Of a stretch of DNA of 64,000 nt, positions 1 to 9,425 are shown one piece after another. Position 1 is the first letter of the stretch, and every line of letters begins with the position of its first letter. The position numbers and the translations under genes are program-made. Source of the DNA: Elusimicrobiota bacterium (GTDB taxonomy: Bacteria; Elusimicrobiota; Elusimicrobia; UBA1565; UBA9628); assembly GCA_033875325.1 (NCBI GenBank), contig JANRKA010000041.1, positions 3,995 to 67,994 on the forward strand, in the 5' to 3' direction. The notes under the pieces were generated by a model. The model did no database searches, was not told the DNA's origin, and saw only the letters and a list, made by a program, of their open reading frames with translations.

Positions 1-1782
1 GCGGTTGCGGTAGATGGTGCTGGGATTCTTGCGGTCGTCCACGACGATGACATCCGTGCGATGGTCGCCGTCGAGGTCCGCCGCCACCGAGGAATGCGGG
101 TAGGCCATGGACCAGGCGTACTCCTTGTCGGCGTACAGGGCGTATTTGGTGCGGTCGGCGAAGTCGAAGCCGCCTTTGTTCAGGAAGAGACCCTGCGGCC
201 GGGCCGCGCCCTCCGTCGCCTCGCCGTCCTTCTCGAAACCCATGGTGGTGAAGTCCATGGTGCCCGGGAAACCGACATAGAGGTCGGTGCGGCCGTCGCC
301 GTCGAAGTCTCCCGCCGACATCGTCATCGGGTAGCGGTAGAGGCTCTCGGCGATGGAGGTGAAGTCGAAGCGTTTCTCAGCGCGGTAGCGCCCGTCTCCC
401 AAGCCGCGGTAGAGGGCGAGGGCCTTCTTCGGGTCGGCCTGGAAATGGTTGATGAGCAGGTCGTCGCGCCCGTCGCCGTCGAGGTCCGCGAACACTCCCG
501 CCTTGACCAACAGGTCTTCGCCCAAGCCGGCGCGCGCGGTGGCGTCCGCGAAGCGCCCGTCCTCGCCGCGGCGCAGCAAGGACGCCCCGCCCACGCTGCC
601 CACATAGAGCTCGGCCGGGCCCGAGCCGTCGTCCTTGAGCGCCAAGGCGTAGCCGCCGCGGCGGATGGACTCGGAACGCGGGCGCACCGGGATGGCGGCC
701 AACCCCGCGGACGCGGTGGCGTCCTCGAACAGCCCCTCGCGCGCGGCGACGACGCGGCGTCCGCCGTGGAGCTCCAGCGACTCGATGCGGCCGTCGCGCA
801 CGGCGAGCCGCATGGCGGCCGTGCTCTCGACGCGGCGTCCGCCCTCGCGCAGGCGGCCGCGCACGGAGACGAGCCCTTTGTGGATCTCCACGTCGCCGGC
901 GGCCTTCTCCACTCCGAAGAGGTCCGCGTCGAAGCCCAAGACCTCCGCGTGTCCGTCGAGGAAGGCGCTCAGGCTCTCCAGGGAGCGGGCGCGCGGGCGC
1001 GTGGACGCGCGCCACGCGGCCGTCTCGGCGACCGAGTCGCGCCGCGGCGCGCCGAGCTCGGTCCAATCCGGGCCGCGGAAGCCCGGCGCGAGCAGGGCCG
1101 CGAACGCGCCGGCGTCGCGCGCCAGGAAGGCCCGGCGCCAAGGCTCGATGACCGCGTCACGGGCGCGCTCGGAGGCGCGCACCCTTTCCAGGGCTTCGCC
1201 GAGCACGACGGGGTCGTCGGCGACGCCGATGAGATGGTCGTGGATGCGCCGGGCGGCGCGGGCCGCGGCCAGCGCCTCTCGCGCGGCGGTCAACCGCGCC
1301 GCGGACGGTCGTCCGGCCGCGGCGGGCAGGTCCGCGTCGAAGTCGGTCCAGACGGCCTCGCGCCGGGCCTCCACCGCCGCGATGGCGGCGGCCAGGGCGT
1401 CGAGGCCCGGGCGGGCGGCTTCGACCAAAGCGCGCCCGCGCTCGCGCGCCGACTCCGACAAAGGCGGCAGGAAGGCCCGGTCGAGATGATAAACCGGGGA
1501 GCGAGGGTCCAGGCCTTGGCGCTGCTCCGGGCCCAGAAGAGCGTCGAGCCGCGCGTACAACGCGCCCATGGCGGCCTTGTGCTCCCCGCGCAGCCGCGCG
1601 GATTCCGCGGCGAGAGGCGCCTCGCGCTCGTGCGCCCGTCTCAGCAGGGCCGCGACCGCGGCGCGGCGCTCGGGCGCCGGCTCGAGGCGCTCCGACAGGA
1701 GCCGCAGGTGGACCGGGTCCTCGGCCGCGCCGGCGGCGACGGCCAGCGACGCGACGGCGATGGCAAGGGCGGCGGTTCTCAT
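1..1782 (-). CDS. Secreted FG-GAP/CRTAC1 (ASPIC-UnbV-like) repeat protein, 3' end runs off the window
   Basis: Not in the ORF track (no stop in window). Manual translation from ATG at 1782 (GGGAG RBS upstream) gives signal peptide MRTAALAIAVASLAVAAGA, then 'FEDATASAGL' and 'FADATARAGL', and Ca-loops ADLDGDGRDDL, GDFDGDGRTDLYV, ADLDGDHRTDV in the same frame to position 1. Confidence 0.85.
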   Translation of the reverse strand, partial: MRTAALAIAVASLAVAAGAAEDPVHLRLLSERLEPAPERRAAVAALLRRAHEREAPLAAESARLRGEHKAAMGALYARLDALLGPEQRQGLDPRSPVYHLDRAFLPPLSESARERGRALVEAARPGLDALAAAIAAVEARREAVWTDFDADLPAAAGRPSAARLTAAREALAAARAARRIHDHLIGVADDPVVLGEALERVRASERARDAVIEPWRRAFLARDAGAFAALLAPGFRGPDWTELGAPRRDSVAETAAWRASTRPRARSLESLSAFLDGHAEVLGFDADLFGVEKAAGDVEIHKGLVSVRGRLREGGRRVESTAAMRLAVRDGRIESLELHGGRRVVAAREGLFEDATASAGLAAIPVRPRSESIRRGGYALALKDDGSGPAELYVGSVGGASLLRRGEDGRFADATARAGLGEDLLVKAGVFADLDGDGRDDLLINHFQADPKKALALYRGLGDGRYRAEKRFDFTSIAESLYRYPMTMSAGDFDGDGRTDLYVGFPGTMDFTTMGFEKDGEATEGAARPQGLFLNKGGFDFADRTKYALYADKEYAWSMAYPHSSVAADLDGDHRTDVIVVDDRKNPSTIYRNR

Positions 1783-1881
1783 GGGCAGCTCCCGCGCGCC
1801 TAGGCTCGGCGCGCCTGCGCCAGTGTAACAGACGCCGGAGGGAGCGTCCAGAGCGTCTTCGTCACGCCGGGGCGCGGCGCC

Positions 1882-2421
1882 TCAGACCGGTCGCGTCATG
1901 GCGTGCAGGCGCACGCCCGCGAACGGTTCCTCGACGCGCAGGTCGGAGAAGCCCGCCTTCCTCCAATAGGACGCGGCGGCCTCCCCGCACACCACGTGCA
2001 TGGAGCCGACGCCGGCCGCGCGCAGCGCCGCGCGGAAGGCCGCGAGCAGAGCCGCGCCCACGCCGCGGCGGCGATGCGGCGCGGCGACGTTCATGTGCAG
2101 GTGGGCGGGATGCGCCGCCCACAGCTCCAGTCGGAAGTCCATGGGGAAGAAATGACGCGCGTCGGGCTCGGGCTTGAAGACGCGGGCGCGCTCCTCCTCG
2201 AAGCCGAGGCTGTCCGGCGAGCCCGTGAGGTAGCCCACGACGGCGCCCCCCTCGACGGCCACGAAGGTCCAGCCCGGCCGCAGGACGCGATAGGGCCCGG
2301 TCCAACGCTCGGCGAACTCGGCGCGCTCCTCGGGCTCCACGGGGTCGCCCAACGCGCCCGTGTCGGCGCACAACTCGCCGATGGCGGCCCAATCGGCGGG
2401 TGCCGCGGCGCGGATGTCCAC
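1882..2421 (-). CDS. GNAT family N-acetyltransferase
   Basis: Acetyl-CoA motif A 'HLHMNVAAPHRRRGVGAALL', 'VVGYLTG', C-terminal 'YWRKAGF'. Confidence 0.85.
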   Translation of the reverse strand: MDIRAAAPADWAAIGELCADTGALGDPVEPEERAEFAERWTGPYRVLRPGWTFVAVEGGAVVGYLTGSPDSLGFEEERARVFKPEPDARHFFPMDFRLELWAAHPAHLHMNVAAPHRRRGVGAALLAAFRAALRAAGVGSMHVVCGEAAASYWRKAGFSDLRVEEPFAGVRLHAMTRPV

Positions 2422-2425
2422 CGGG

Positions 2426-2914
2426 TCAGCCCCAGCGCCAGCCCGGCTTCTCGCCGGTCTTCCAGCAGATGCCGACCAGAGACGCCGCGAGCACGCACGC
2501 CAGGACGAGGTGCTCGGCCACCATGCCCGGGCTCGGCGGCACGGGCCGGAAGCGCACGAGGGCCAAGGTCGAGCCGAGCAGCGACGCGAGGAACAGCCCC
2601 ACGACGACCCACCCCTCGGGCGCGGCGGGCGTCCAGCCCCAACCGAAGCGTTTGGCCTTGAACCAGACCTTGCCTTTGAGCGCCGGCAGCTCCTGTCCCG
2701 TCGCCAGGCACAGCCAGAAAAGCGCGAGCAGCAGGCCGAGCGCCTCGGGCAGGAAGACGGCGTACGCTTCCTCGACGCTCGACGCGGTCAACGCCAGTCG
2801 CGCGAAGTTGGCGGCGAGCAGCAGACCCGAGACGACCCAAGCAGTCCAGCCTCTCGCGTCCGCCGGCGTCCAGCCGATGCCGTCGGCGCGCGCCTTGAAC
2901 CAGGGCTCAGCCAC
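2426..2914 (-). CDS. Small membrane protein with internally duplicated WFKA...GWTP...GW module
   Basis: About four hydrophobic segments; WFKARADGIGWTPADARGW and WFKAKRFGWGWTPAAPEGW; overlaps the ftcD 3' end. Confidence 0.7.
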   Translation of the reverse strand: MAEPWFKARADGIGWTPADARGWTAWVVSGLLLAANFARLALTASSVEEAYAVFLPEALGLLLALFWLCLATGQELPALKGKVWFKAKRFGWGWTPAAPEGWVVVGLFLASLLGSTLALVRFRPVPPSPGMVAEHLVLACVLAASLVGICWKTGEKPGWRWG

Positions 2915-4391
2915 AGGCGGCGAGCGTCTTCTCCAAGCGCCCCTCCAGGTCCTTGGCCACGGCCGGGTCCTTGAGGCCGGGCACGTTGATGCGCACGTTC
3001 TCGGCCGCGCACAACGCCGCAGCCTTGAGCAGGTGCATCGCGCAGTTGATGTCGGAGACCACCGCCGGGCCCGCCGACGGGGCGGTCTTGCGGGCCAAGT
3101 CGAGCGCCTCGGCCGCGACCGAAGCGGTCTTCAAGGGGACCTCGGCGGCGTGTTTGAGGCCCGCCTGCATCTTGGCCGCGCGCGTCGGGTCGTCCTTGGG
3201 CAAGGACATCGCGGCCATGAACACGTCGAAGGCCGCCGCGTCCTCGTCGGCCAGCCGGTCGAAGGCGGCGCGCAGCTCGCCGAACCTGGCGTGGGCGGCC
3301 GTCAGCGCGGGGCGTTTGGCTTCGTCGAGCTTCTTGGACTTGAGCGTGATGCCCACGGCCATCTGCCCCAGGCCGCAGCCCATCGCGCCCGACACGGCGG
3401 CCGCGGAGCCGCCCCCGGGCGTGGCGTCGGTGCTGGAGAGGGCCTCGGCCATGGTCCGGCCGGCCGCCTTCCAGTCGCCGCCGGCCAGCGCGCCCACGGC
3501 CTCCAGGCGGTTCTCCAGGATCTGCACCTCGGGATGGAAGTTCTCGAGGTTCAAAGTCTCGAGGGCGAAGTCGAGCAGGGCCTGGCGCGGCAGGAGCCCG
3601 ACGATCTCGGTGGTCTTGACCTTGGCCCCGTGTTCGGCGGCCAGGCGCGCCGTCTCGTCGAGCACGCGCTTCATCGAGGACTTCTTGTAGTCGGTGAGCA
3701 CGGTCGATATCTGCACCTGCTTGCGCGCCGCCAGGTCGATCTCCTTGCCGCGCACGGCGGGCAGGCCGCCGCCGGAGGCGCGCACGCGTTTGGCGATGTC
3801 CTTGCCCTTCTCCATGTCGTGGATGTCGAGGTTGAGGTTGAAGTTGACGATCTGCTCGCGCGCGCCGCAGGCCACCGCGCCCGCCGTGGGATGGATGGCG
3901 TTGGGGCCGTAATCGGGACGGCGCGACTCGTCCTTGCCGATGAGGTCGCGCAAGCCCTCGAACTGGCCTTTGCGCACGGCCGCGAGGTCCTTGCGCTCGG
4001 GGCGCTTGGCCGCGTGGTCATAGAGATAGGCGGGGATCATGAGCTCCTCGCCGATGCGCTTGGCCAGCTTCTCCGCGAGCGCGGCGCACTCCTCGATGGT
4101 GACGCCTTTGACCGGGATGAAGGGGATGACGTCCACCGCGCCCATGCGCGGGTGCTCGCCCTTGTGGACCGTGAGGTCGATGAGCTCGGCCGACTTCTTC
4201 GCCACGCGGAAACACGCCTCCACACATGCGTCGGGGGCGCCGACGAAGGACAACACGCAGCGGTGGTGGTCCGCGTCGGTCTCGACGTCGAGGATGGTCA
4301 CCCCCGCCGACTTCGCCGCGTCCACGACGGCCTGCACCTTCGCCTTGTCCCGGCCTTCCGAAAAGTTGGGCACGCATTCCACGAGCTTCAT
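2907..4391 (-). CDS. ftcD: Glutamate formimidoyltransferase / formiminotetrahydrofolate cyclodeaminase (fused)
   Basis: Start MKLVECVPNFSEGRD at 4391 (track ORF over-extended to 5057); 'GEHPRMGAVDVIPFIP'; C-terminal cyclodeaminase 'TPGGGSAAA', 'NVRIN'. Confidence 0.93.
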   Translation of the reverse strand: MKLVECVPNFSEGRDKAKVQAVVDAAKSAGVTILDVETDADHHRCVLSFVGAPDACVEACFRVAKKSAELIDLTVHKGEHPRMGAVDVIPFIPVKGVTIEECAALAEKLAKRIGEELMIPAYLYDHAAKRPERKDLAAVRKGQFEGLRDLIGKDESRRPDYGPNAIHPTAGAVACGAREQIVNFNLNLDIHDMEKGKDIAKRVRASGGGLPAVRGKEIDLAARKQVQISTVLTDYKKSSMKRVLDETARLAAEHGAKVKTTEIVGLLPRQALLDFALETLNLENFHPEVQILENRLEAVGALAGGDWKAAGRTMAEALSSTDATPGGGSAAAVSGAMGCGLGQMAVGITLKSKKLDEAKRPALTAAHARFGELRAAFDRLADEDAAAFDVFMAAMSLPKDDPTRAAKMQAGLKHAAEVPLKTASVAAEALDLARKTAPSAGPAVVSDINCAMHLLKAAALCAAENVRINVPGLKDPAVAKDLEGRLEKTLAACG

Positions 4392-4401
4392 TTTGTCTCC
4401 C

Positions 4402-4433
4402 GAGTTAAGAAGGGTCTGACCCCAGCTTAACTC
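4402..4433. repeat. REP-like hairpin GAGTTAAG-aaGGGTCtGACCCcag-CTTAACTC overlapping the ALDH stop codon
   Basis: 8-bp outer inverted repeat plus inner GGGTC/GACCC; minus strand reads TAAGCTGGGG, as does the element at 19935-20014. Confidence 0.55.
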
Positions 4434-5764
4434 TTCAATACGAGGGTCTTGGGTTCGGTGTATTCTTCGATGGTCGAGCGGATGCCTTCGCGGCCGACGC
4501 CGCTGTCTTTGACGCCGCCGTAGGGCATGGCGTCGGAGCGGAAGGAGGGCACGTCGTTGACGATGACGCCGCCGAAGTCCAGACGGGCGAACGCGCGTTG
4601 GACGAAGGCCAGGTCGTTGGTGAAGAGCCCCGCCTGCAGGCCGTAGCGCGAATCGTTCATCTTGTCGAGCGCCTGCTCCCTGGAGTCCACGGCCTCGAGC
4701 GTGACGACGGGGCCGAAGACCTCCTCGCAGGACAGCTTGCAGCCGGCCGGGACGCCCTCCACGAGCGACGGCGGGATGGTCGCGCCGGAGCGCGGGCCGC
4801 CGGCCCACAGCTTGCCCCCGCCGGAGACGGCTTCCTTGAGCCACTCCTCCACGCGGACGGCCGCCTTCTCGTCGATGAGCGGGCCTACGTCGGTCTTCTC
4901 GTCGAGCGGGTCGCCGACGACGAGTTCCTTGACGTTGGCCACCAGCAAGCGGCGGAACTCCGGCAGGACTTCCCGCTCGACGTAGACGCGTTGGACGTGG
5001 ATGCAGGTCTGCCCGGCGTAGGCGTAGCCGCCGGCGGCGCAGCGGGCCGCGGCCCACGGCAGGTCCGCGTCCTTGGCGACGAAGACCGGGGCGTTGCCGC
5101 CGAGCTCCAGGCAGGTCTGCGCCTTGACCGCGAGCGATTTCAGGCGCCAGCCCACGGCGGTGGAGCCGGTGAAGGAGAAGACGCGGAAACGCTCGTCCTT
5201 GACCAACGCCTCCAACGCGGGCACGGGGCCCAGGACGACGGCGCAGGCCTCGGCCGGCCAGCCCGCGTCCACCAAGGCGCCGACCAGGCGCGAGGCCGAA
5301 CGCGGGCAGCGCGGGTCGGGCTTGAGCACGAAGGGCAGGCCGACGGCCACCGCGGGAGCGACCTTGTGCGCGACGAGGTTGAGCGGGAAGTTGAACGGCG
5401 TGATGAACAGGGCCGGGCCCCGCGGCGCGCGCGCGACGAGGGCGACGCGGCCCTCGTCCCCGGCGGCGAGGTCGAGCGGCATCAACTCGCCGCCGACGCG
5501 GCGCGCCTCCTCGGCGGACCAGCGCAAGGTGAAGAGCATGCGGGCGACCTCGACTCGGCCGGCCTTCAGCGGCTTGCGGACCTCCTCGGCCAGCAGGCGC
5601 GCCAACGCTTCGGCGTCCTTCTCCAGGGCGTCGGCGGCGCCGCGGAGCACGGCGGCGCGCCGGTGCGCGGGCAAGGCGGCCTTCGCGGCCGCGGCGGCGA
5701 CGCGCGCGGCCACGGCGGCGGCATCCTTCTCGTCCTTCAGCTCAATCGGAACCATGAAAGCCAT
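4427..5764 (-). CDS. NAD(P)-dependent aldehyde dehydrogenase
   Basis: ITPFNFP, FTGST, LELGGNAP, catalytic Cys in GQTCIHVQR, EEVFGPV, PYGGVKDSGVGREG. Confidence 0.95.
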   Translation of the reverse strand: MAFMVPIELKDEKDAAAVAARVAAAAAKAALPAHRRAAVLRGAADALEKDAEALARLLAEEVRKPLKAGRVEVARMLFTLRWSAEEARRVGGELMPLDLAAGDEGRVALVARAPRGPALFITPFNFPLNLVAHKVAPAVAVGLPFVLKPDPRCPRSASRLVGALVDAGWPAEACAVVLGPVPALEALVKDERFRVFSFTGSTAVGWRLKSLAVKAQTCLELGGNAPVFVAKDADLPWAAARCAAGGYAYAGQTCIHVQRVYVEREVLPEFRRLLVANVKELVVGDPLDEKTDVGPLIDEKAAVRVEEWLKEAVSGGGKLWAGGPRSGATIPPSLVEGVPAGCKLSCEEVFGPVVTLEAVDSREQALDKMNDSRYGLQAGLFTNDLAFVQRAFARLDFGGVIVNDVPSFRSDAMPYGGVKDSGVGREGIRSTIEEYTEPKTLVLKS

Positions 5765-6432
5765 TTCTCCGTGCCGCGGAAATCGCGCGCGATGTGGTCG
5801 GGCTTGGCCGCGATGAGGGACTTCCAGTCCGCGTAGCCCGTGCCCACGCCGATGGTCTTGAAGCCCGCCTTCTTGCCGGCCGCGACGTCGAAAGGAGTGT
5901 CGCCGATGACGAAGACCTCGTGGCCTTTGAGGGGTTTTTTGGCGAGTTTCTCGGCGCGCGCGACCGCCTTCTTGAGCAAGGTCGCGCGGTGGAAGGAGTC
6001 CGAACCGTAGCCGCCGAACAGGAAGTAGGCGTTGAAGCCTGAAGGCTCGAGCTTGATGCGCGCTCCCCGCTCCATGTTGCCCGTCCCCAGGCCGAGCAGG
6101 ACGCGTTTGTCGCGGGCCAGCCGCTTGAGCAAAGTCTTCAGCCCGCGCGGCACCTCGTAAGTGCCGTTGCGGATGGCCATCTTCACGTAATAGGGCAGGT
6201 GCTTGAGGTACTCCCGGTGCAGGCGCTCGACCGCCCGCGCGGTCGGCCGGCGGCCCGTGGCGCGACGGTACGCCGCGCCGAAGTTGTAGAGGTCGGTGCG
6301 CCCGGCCAGCGACAGCTCCGAGCAGGCGTTCTTCTTGCCGTAGAGCACCTGAGCCGCGCGGTTGAGGGCCTTGCGGCCCGCGCCGCCCGCGCGGATGAGG
6401 GTGCCGTCGATGTCGAAGAGGAGGACTTTCAT
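5737..6432 (-). CDS. HAD-superfamily hydrolase (phosphoglycolate phosphatase-like)
   Basis: Start MKVLLFDIDGTL at 6432 (ATGA overlap with hutI stop); motif II 'GTGN', motif IV 'IGDTPFD'. Confidence 0.9.
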   Translation of the reverse strand: MKVLLFDIDGTLIRAGGAGRKALNRAAQVLYGKKNACSELSLAGRTDLYNFGAAYRRATGRRPTARAVERLHREYLKHLPYYVKMAIRNGTYEVPRGLKTLLKRLARDKRVLLGLGTGNMERGARIKLEPSGFNAYFLFGGYGSDSFHRATLLKKAVARAEKLAKKPLKGHEVFVIGDTPFDVAAGKKAGFKTIGVGTGYADWKSLIAAKPDHIARDFRGTEKWLSWFRLS

Positions 6433-7679
6433 GAGGCTCGGTGCACCACCGCCCCCCTCTTCATCGTCCATCTGACGCGCGGGGCCCCGAACCAGTAGGC
6501 GGCCTCGCGGTGGTCGCCCGCCTCGTGGCAGACGAGGTCCGCCTGTTTGCCCGTCTCCAGGGAGCCGTGGGTCGCGCCCAGGCCCGCCGCGTGCGCGCCG
6601 TTGATGGTGGCCGCGACCCAAGCCTCCGCCGGCGACAGCTTCATCTGCGTGCAGGCCAAGGACATCACCATGGACATGTCCCAACACGGGCAGGTGCCCG
6701 GATTGAAGTCGGTGGCGAGCGCCACCGCGCAGCCCGCGTCGAGCAGGCGGCGCGCGGGCGGATAGGGCTTGCCCAGGAAGTAGTTGGAGCCGGGGACCAG
6801 GCAGGCCACCGTGCCGCTGGCGGCGAGGTCCGGCAGGTCCTCCTCGGCGACGCAATCCAAGTGGTCGGCGGTGACGGCCTTGTGCTTGAGAGCGGGAGCG
6901 AGGCTGCCCAGGCGGGAGAGCTGCTCGGCATGGACCTTCAGGCGCAGGCCGGCCTTCGCCCCGGCCGCGGCGACCTTCTCGAGGTCGGCGAGGTCGAAGT
7001 AGCCCTTCTCGCAGAACAGGTCCACGAACACGGCCAGCCGCTCGGCGGCGACGCGGGGTATCATCTCGGCGCAGACGCGGTCCACGAACTCGTCCTTGCG
7101 TCCGCGCATCTCCGGCGGCACCGCGTGCGCGCCGAGGAAGGTCGGCACGATCTCCAGCGGGCCGCGCTCCGCGGCCGTGCGCAGGGCCCGCAGCAGCTTG
7201 AGCTCGTTGTCGAGGTCGAGCCCGTAGCCGGACTTCGCCTCGATGGTGGTGGTGCCGCTCGCCAGGAACGCCGCCGCGCGGCGGCGCAAGCCCGCGGCCA
7301 GGTCGCTCTCCGCGGCGCCGCGCACGCCGTTGACCGTGTGGAGGATGCCGCCGCCCTTGGCCGCCAGGTCCGCGTAGGTCGCGCCGGCGACGCGGCGCTC
7401 GAAGTCGTCCAGACGCGGCTCGGCGAAGACGGGGTGGGTGTGGGCGTCCACGAAGCCCGGGGCCACTACGCCGCCCTCGGCGCTGAGCACCTGGGCGGTC
7501 GCCGCCAGCGGATGGGCCATGACCCTGTCCTTGGGACCGGCGGCGAGGATCTTGGCGCCGTCCACCAGCACCGCTCCGTCGCGGATGAGGCCGAGCGCGG
7601 CCTTGTCGCGGCCGGCGCGCGGGCCCGGAGGCCCGGAAAGGGTCAGCAGTTCGGAGGCGTTGAGGACGAGGGTCGCCAC
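6429..7679 (-). CDS. hutI: Imidazolonepropionase
   Basis: PGFVDAHTH, GGGI, GTTTIEAKSGYGL, TFLGAHAVP, HAEQL, ALATDFNPG. Confidence 0.95.
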   Translation of the reverse strand: MATLVLNASELLTLSGPPGPRAGRDKAALGLIRDGAVLVDGAKILAAGPKDRVMAHPLAATAQVLSAEGGVVAPGFVDAHTHPVFAEPRLDDFERRVAGATYADLAAKGGGILHTVNGVRGAAESDLAAGLRRRAAAFLASGTTTIEAKSGYGLDLDNELKLLRALRTAAERGPLEIVPTFLGAHAVPPEMRGRKDEFVDRVCAEMIPRVAAERLAVFVDLFCEKGYFDLADLEKVAAAGAKAGLRLKVHAEQLSRLGSLAPALKHKAVTADHLDCVAEEDLPDLAASGTVACLVPGSNYFLGKPYPPARRLLDAGCAVALATDFNPGTCPCWDMSMVMSLACTQMKLSPAEAWVAATINGAHAAGLGATHGSLETGKQADLVCHEAGDHREAAYWFGAPRVRWTMKRGAVVHRAS

Positions 7680-7685
7680 GGGGCT

Positions 7686-7734
7686 ATTCTACGACATCCG
7701 CCCCTGGCGCTTCGACGGGACCGCGGGTTATACT
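7686..7734. promoter_or_regulatory. Divergent -10 elements, both probably leaderless
   Basis: Minus-strand TAGAAT (7686-7691) lies 6 nt before the hutI GTG; plus-strand TATACT (7729-7734) lies 6 nt before ATG 7741; no SD before either. Confidence 0.6.
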
Positions 7735-7740
7735 GGGACG

Positions 7741-8307
7741 ATGAAGCGGTTTCGCCTCGCCTCGGCGGCTCTCGTTCTGTCCGCGGCGGCCTTCGCTCAG
7801 ACGCCCGCGCCGGCCGCGCCGGGCGCGGCCCTGCGGCCCTTCGTGCGCTTCACCCCGCCCGCGGGCTGGCGCGCCGAGGAGCGCGCCAACGGCGCCGACC
7901 CCGTGGTGAGTTTCCGCAAGGGGCTCGACGTCATCACCTTGTCGCTCTACGGCGCCGAAGGCTCCGCCTACGAGGACCCGGGCGCTTTCCTGCGCGGGCC
8001 GGCCGCCTCCACGCTGGGAGCCCCCCCGCGCGCCGACGGCCGCGTGAAGGTCGCGGGGCGCTCCCTGGCGCTCTATCGCCGCGGCTATCCGGTGCGGCTC
8101 GGCGACCCGCACGCGCCGTCCTCCGGGCGGCCGCCCGAGCTCGCTCGCGAGCGCTTCGTCGTCCTGCCTTTGCGCGACGGGCGCTTCGTGGTGGCGTCCC
8201 ACGCCTTCGAGAGCGCGGTGCCGAGCTTCGAGCGCGACGGGGAACGAGCGTTCACGGCCTTCCTTAAGACGCTCCAGCCCTCGCCGAAGCCCCGGCCTAA
8301 AAAGTAA
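7741..8307 (+). CDS. Exported hypothetical protein
   Basis: Signal peptide MKRFRLASAALVLSAAAFAQ from ATG 7741; GC-rich third positions; track ORF start (7438) is over-extended. Confidence 0.75.
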   Translation: MKRFRLASAALVLSAAAFAQTPAPAAPGAALRPFVRFTPPAGWRAEERANGADPVVSFRKGLDVITLSLYGAEGSAYEDPGAFLRGPAASTLGAPPRADGRVKVAGRSLALYRRGYPVRLGDPHAPSSGRPPELARERFVVLPLRDGRFVVASHAFESAVPSFERDGERAFTAFLKTLQPSPKPRPKK

Positions 8308-9316
8308 GGACGAGTTTGCCCACGGTGCCGCCCGACTCCAAGGCGCGGTGAGCGTCGGCGGCGCGTTCGGCGGGGAATTCGGTCACGGGCGCGGGCTTGA
8401 GGGAGCCGTCGGCCGCCCAGGCGGCGACGGCGTCGAGGCCCTCGCCCGCGAGCTCGGCGCGGTCGGTGAGGTGGACCACGTTGAAACCCATGACCGACTT
8501 GTTGGCGCCGGTGAGCTCGAGCGGCGAGAAGCGCGGGACCTTCAGCCAGTTCCACGCCAGCCCGAGCAGGCCGGGGCGCCGCCCGCGCGGAAACAACTCG
8601 GCGAAGCCGTAGACCACCAGCCGGCCGCCCTTCTTGAGCCGGTCGAAGCCGGGCCGCAAAGTGCTCACGCCGTTGGCGTCGAACACCGCGTCGAAGCCCT
8701 CCGGCGCGAGCGCGTCGAGGTCCCGCCACAGGCGCGGGCCGCGCACGACGACGCGCCGGGCGCCGAAGGCGCGCGCCGTCTCCGACTTGGCGGCGGAGCC
8801 CACGACGGCCACGGGGTCGCAGCCCATGATGCGCGCCTGCTGCAGCAGCGCCAGGCCCACGCCGCCCGCCGCGGAGTGCACCAACAGGGTCTCCCCTCGC
8901 GCGACCTTGGCGACGCCGCGCAGCGCGTGGTAGGCCGTGAGCTGGACCGCGGGCAGTCCCGCGGCCTGGGCGAGCGACCAACCGTCGGGCACGCGCCGCA
9001 GTCGGCCGGGTGGCGCGACCTGACAGGAGGCGTAGCCGCCGAAACGCGTGAAGCCGAACACCCGGTCGCCGACGGCGAAACCCGAGGCGCCCGGGCCGAG
9101 CGCGTCCACCGTGCCCGCGAACTCGAAGCCCGGCGCCAACGGGTACAGGCCCTTGGCCGCCTCGTACCAGCCTTCGCGGACGATGGCGTCGGCGTAGTTG
9201 ACGCCGGCCGCGGCCACGCGCACGCGCAGCTCGCCCGGGCCGGGCGCGGGATCGGCGCTTTCGACGAGGGTCAACGCCTCATGCCCGCCGGGACGGCGCA
9301 CGACGACGGAGCGCAT
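8297..9316 (-). CDS. MDR-family NADPH:quinone oxidoreductase (VAT-1-like)
   Basis: AAGVNYAD, PGFEFAG, LVHSAAGGVG, TVGKLVL. Confidence 0.9.
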   Translation of the reverse strand: MRSVVVRRPGGHEALTLVESADPAPGPGELRVRVAAAGVNYADAIVREGWYEAAKGLYPLAPGFEFAGTVDALGPGASGFAVGDRVFGFTRFGGYASCQVAPPGRLRRVPDGWSLAQAAGLPAVQLTAYHALRGVAKVARGETLLVHSAAGGVGLALLQQARIMGCDPVAVVGSAAKSETARAFGARRVVVRGPRLWRDLDALAPEGFDAVFDANGVSTLRPGFDRLKKGGRLVVYGFAELFPRGRRPGLLGLAWNWLKVPRFSPLELTGANKSVMGFNVVHLTDRAELAGEGLDAVAAWAADGSLKPAPVTEFPAERAADAHRALESGGTVGKLVLTF

Positions 9317-9425
9317 GAGGATATATGAGCAATTATCGTCGTTTTTCGGCGTAGGCCCATTGGCTCCGCGCCGGGGACCCGAGGACCCTCGTGAGCCCGG
9401 ACGCCCGCCGCTACACTATCCGCAG

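Noticed and set aside
61-1803. 580-aa plus-strand ORF
   Set aside because: Shadow of the minus-strand FG-GAP gene at 1-1782
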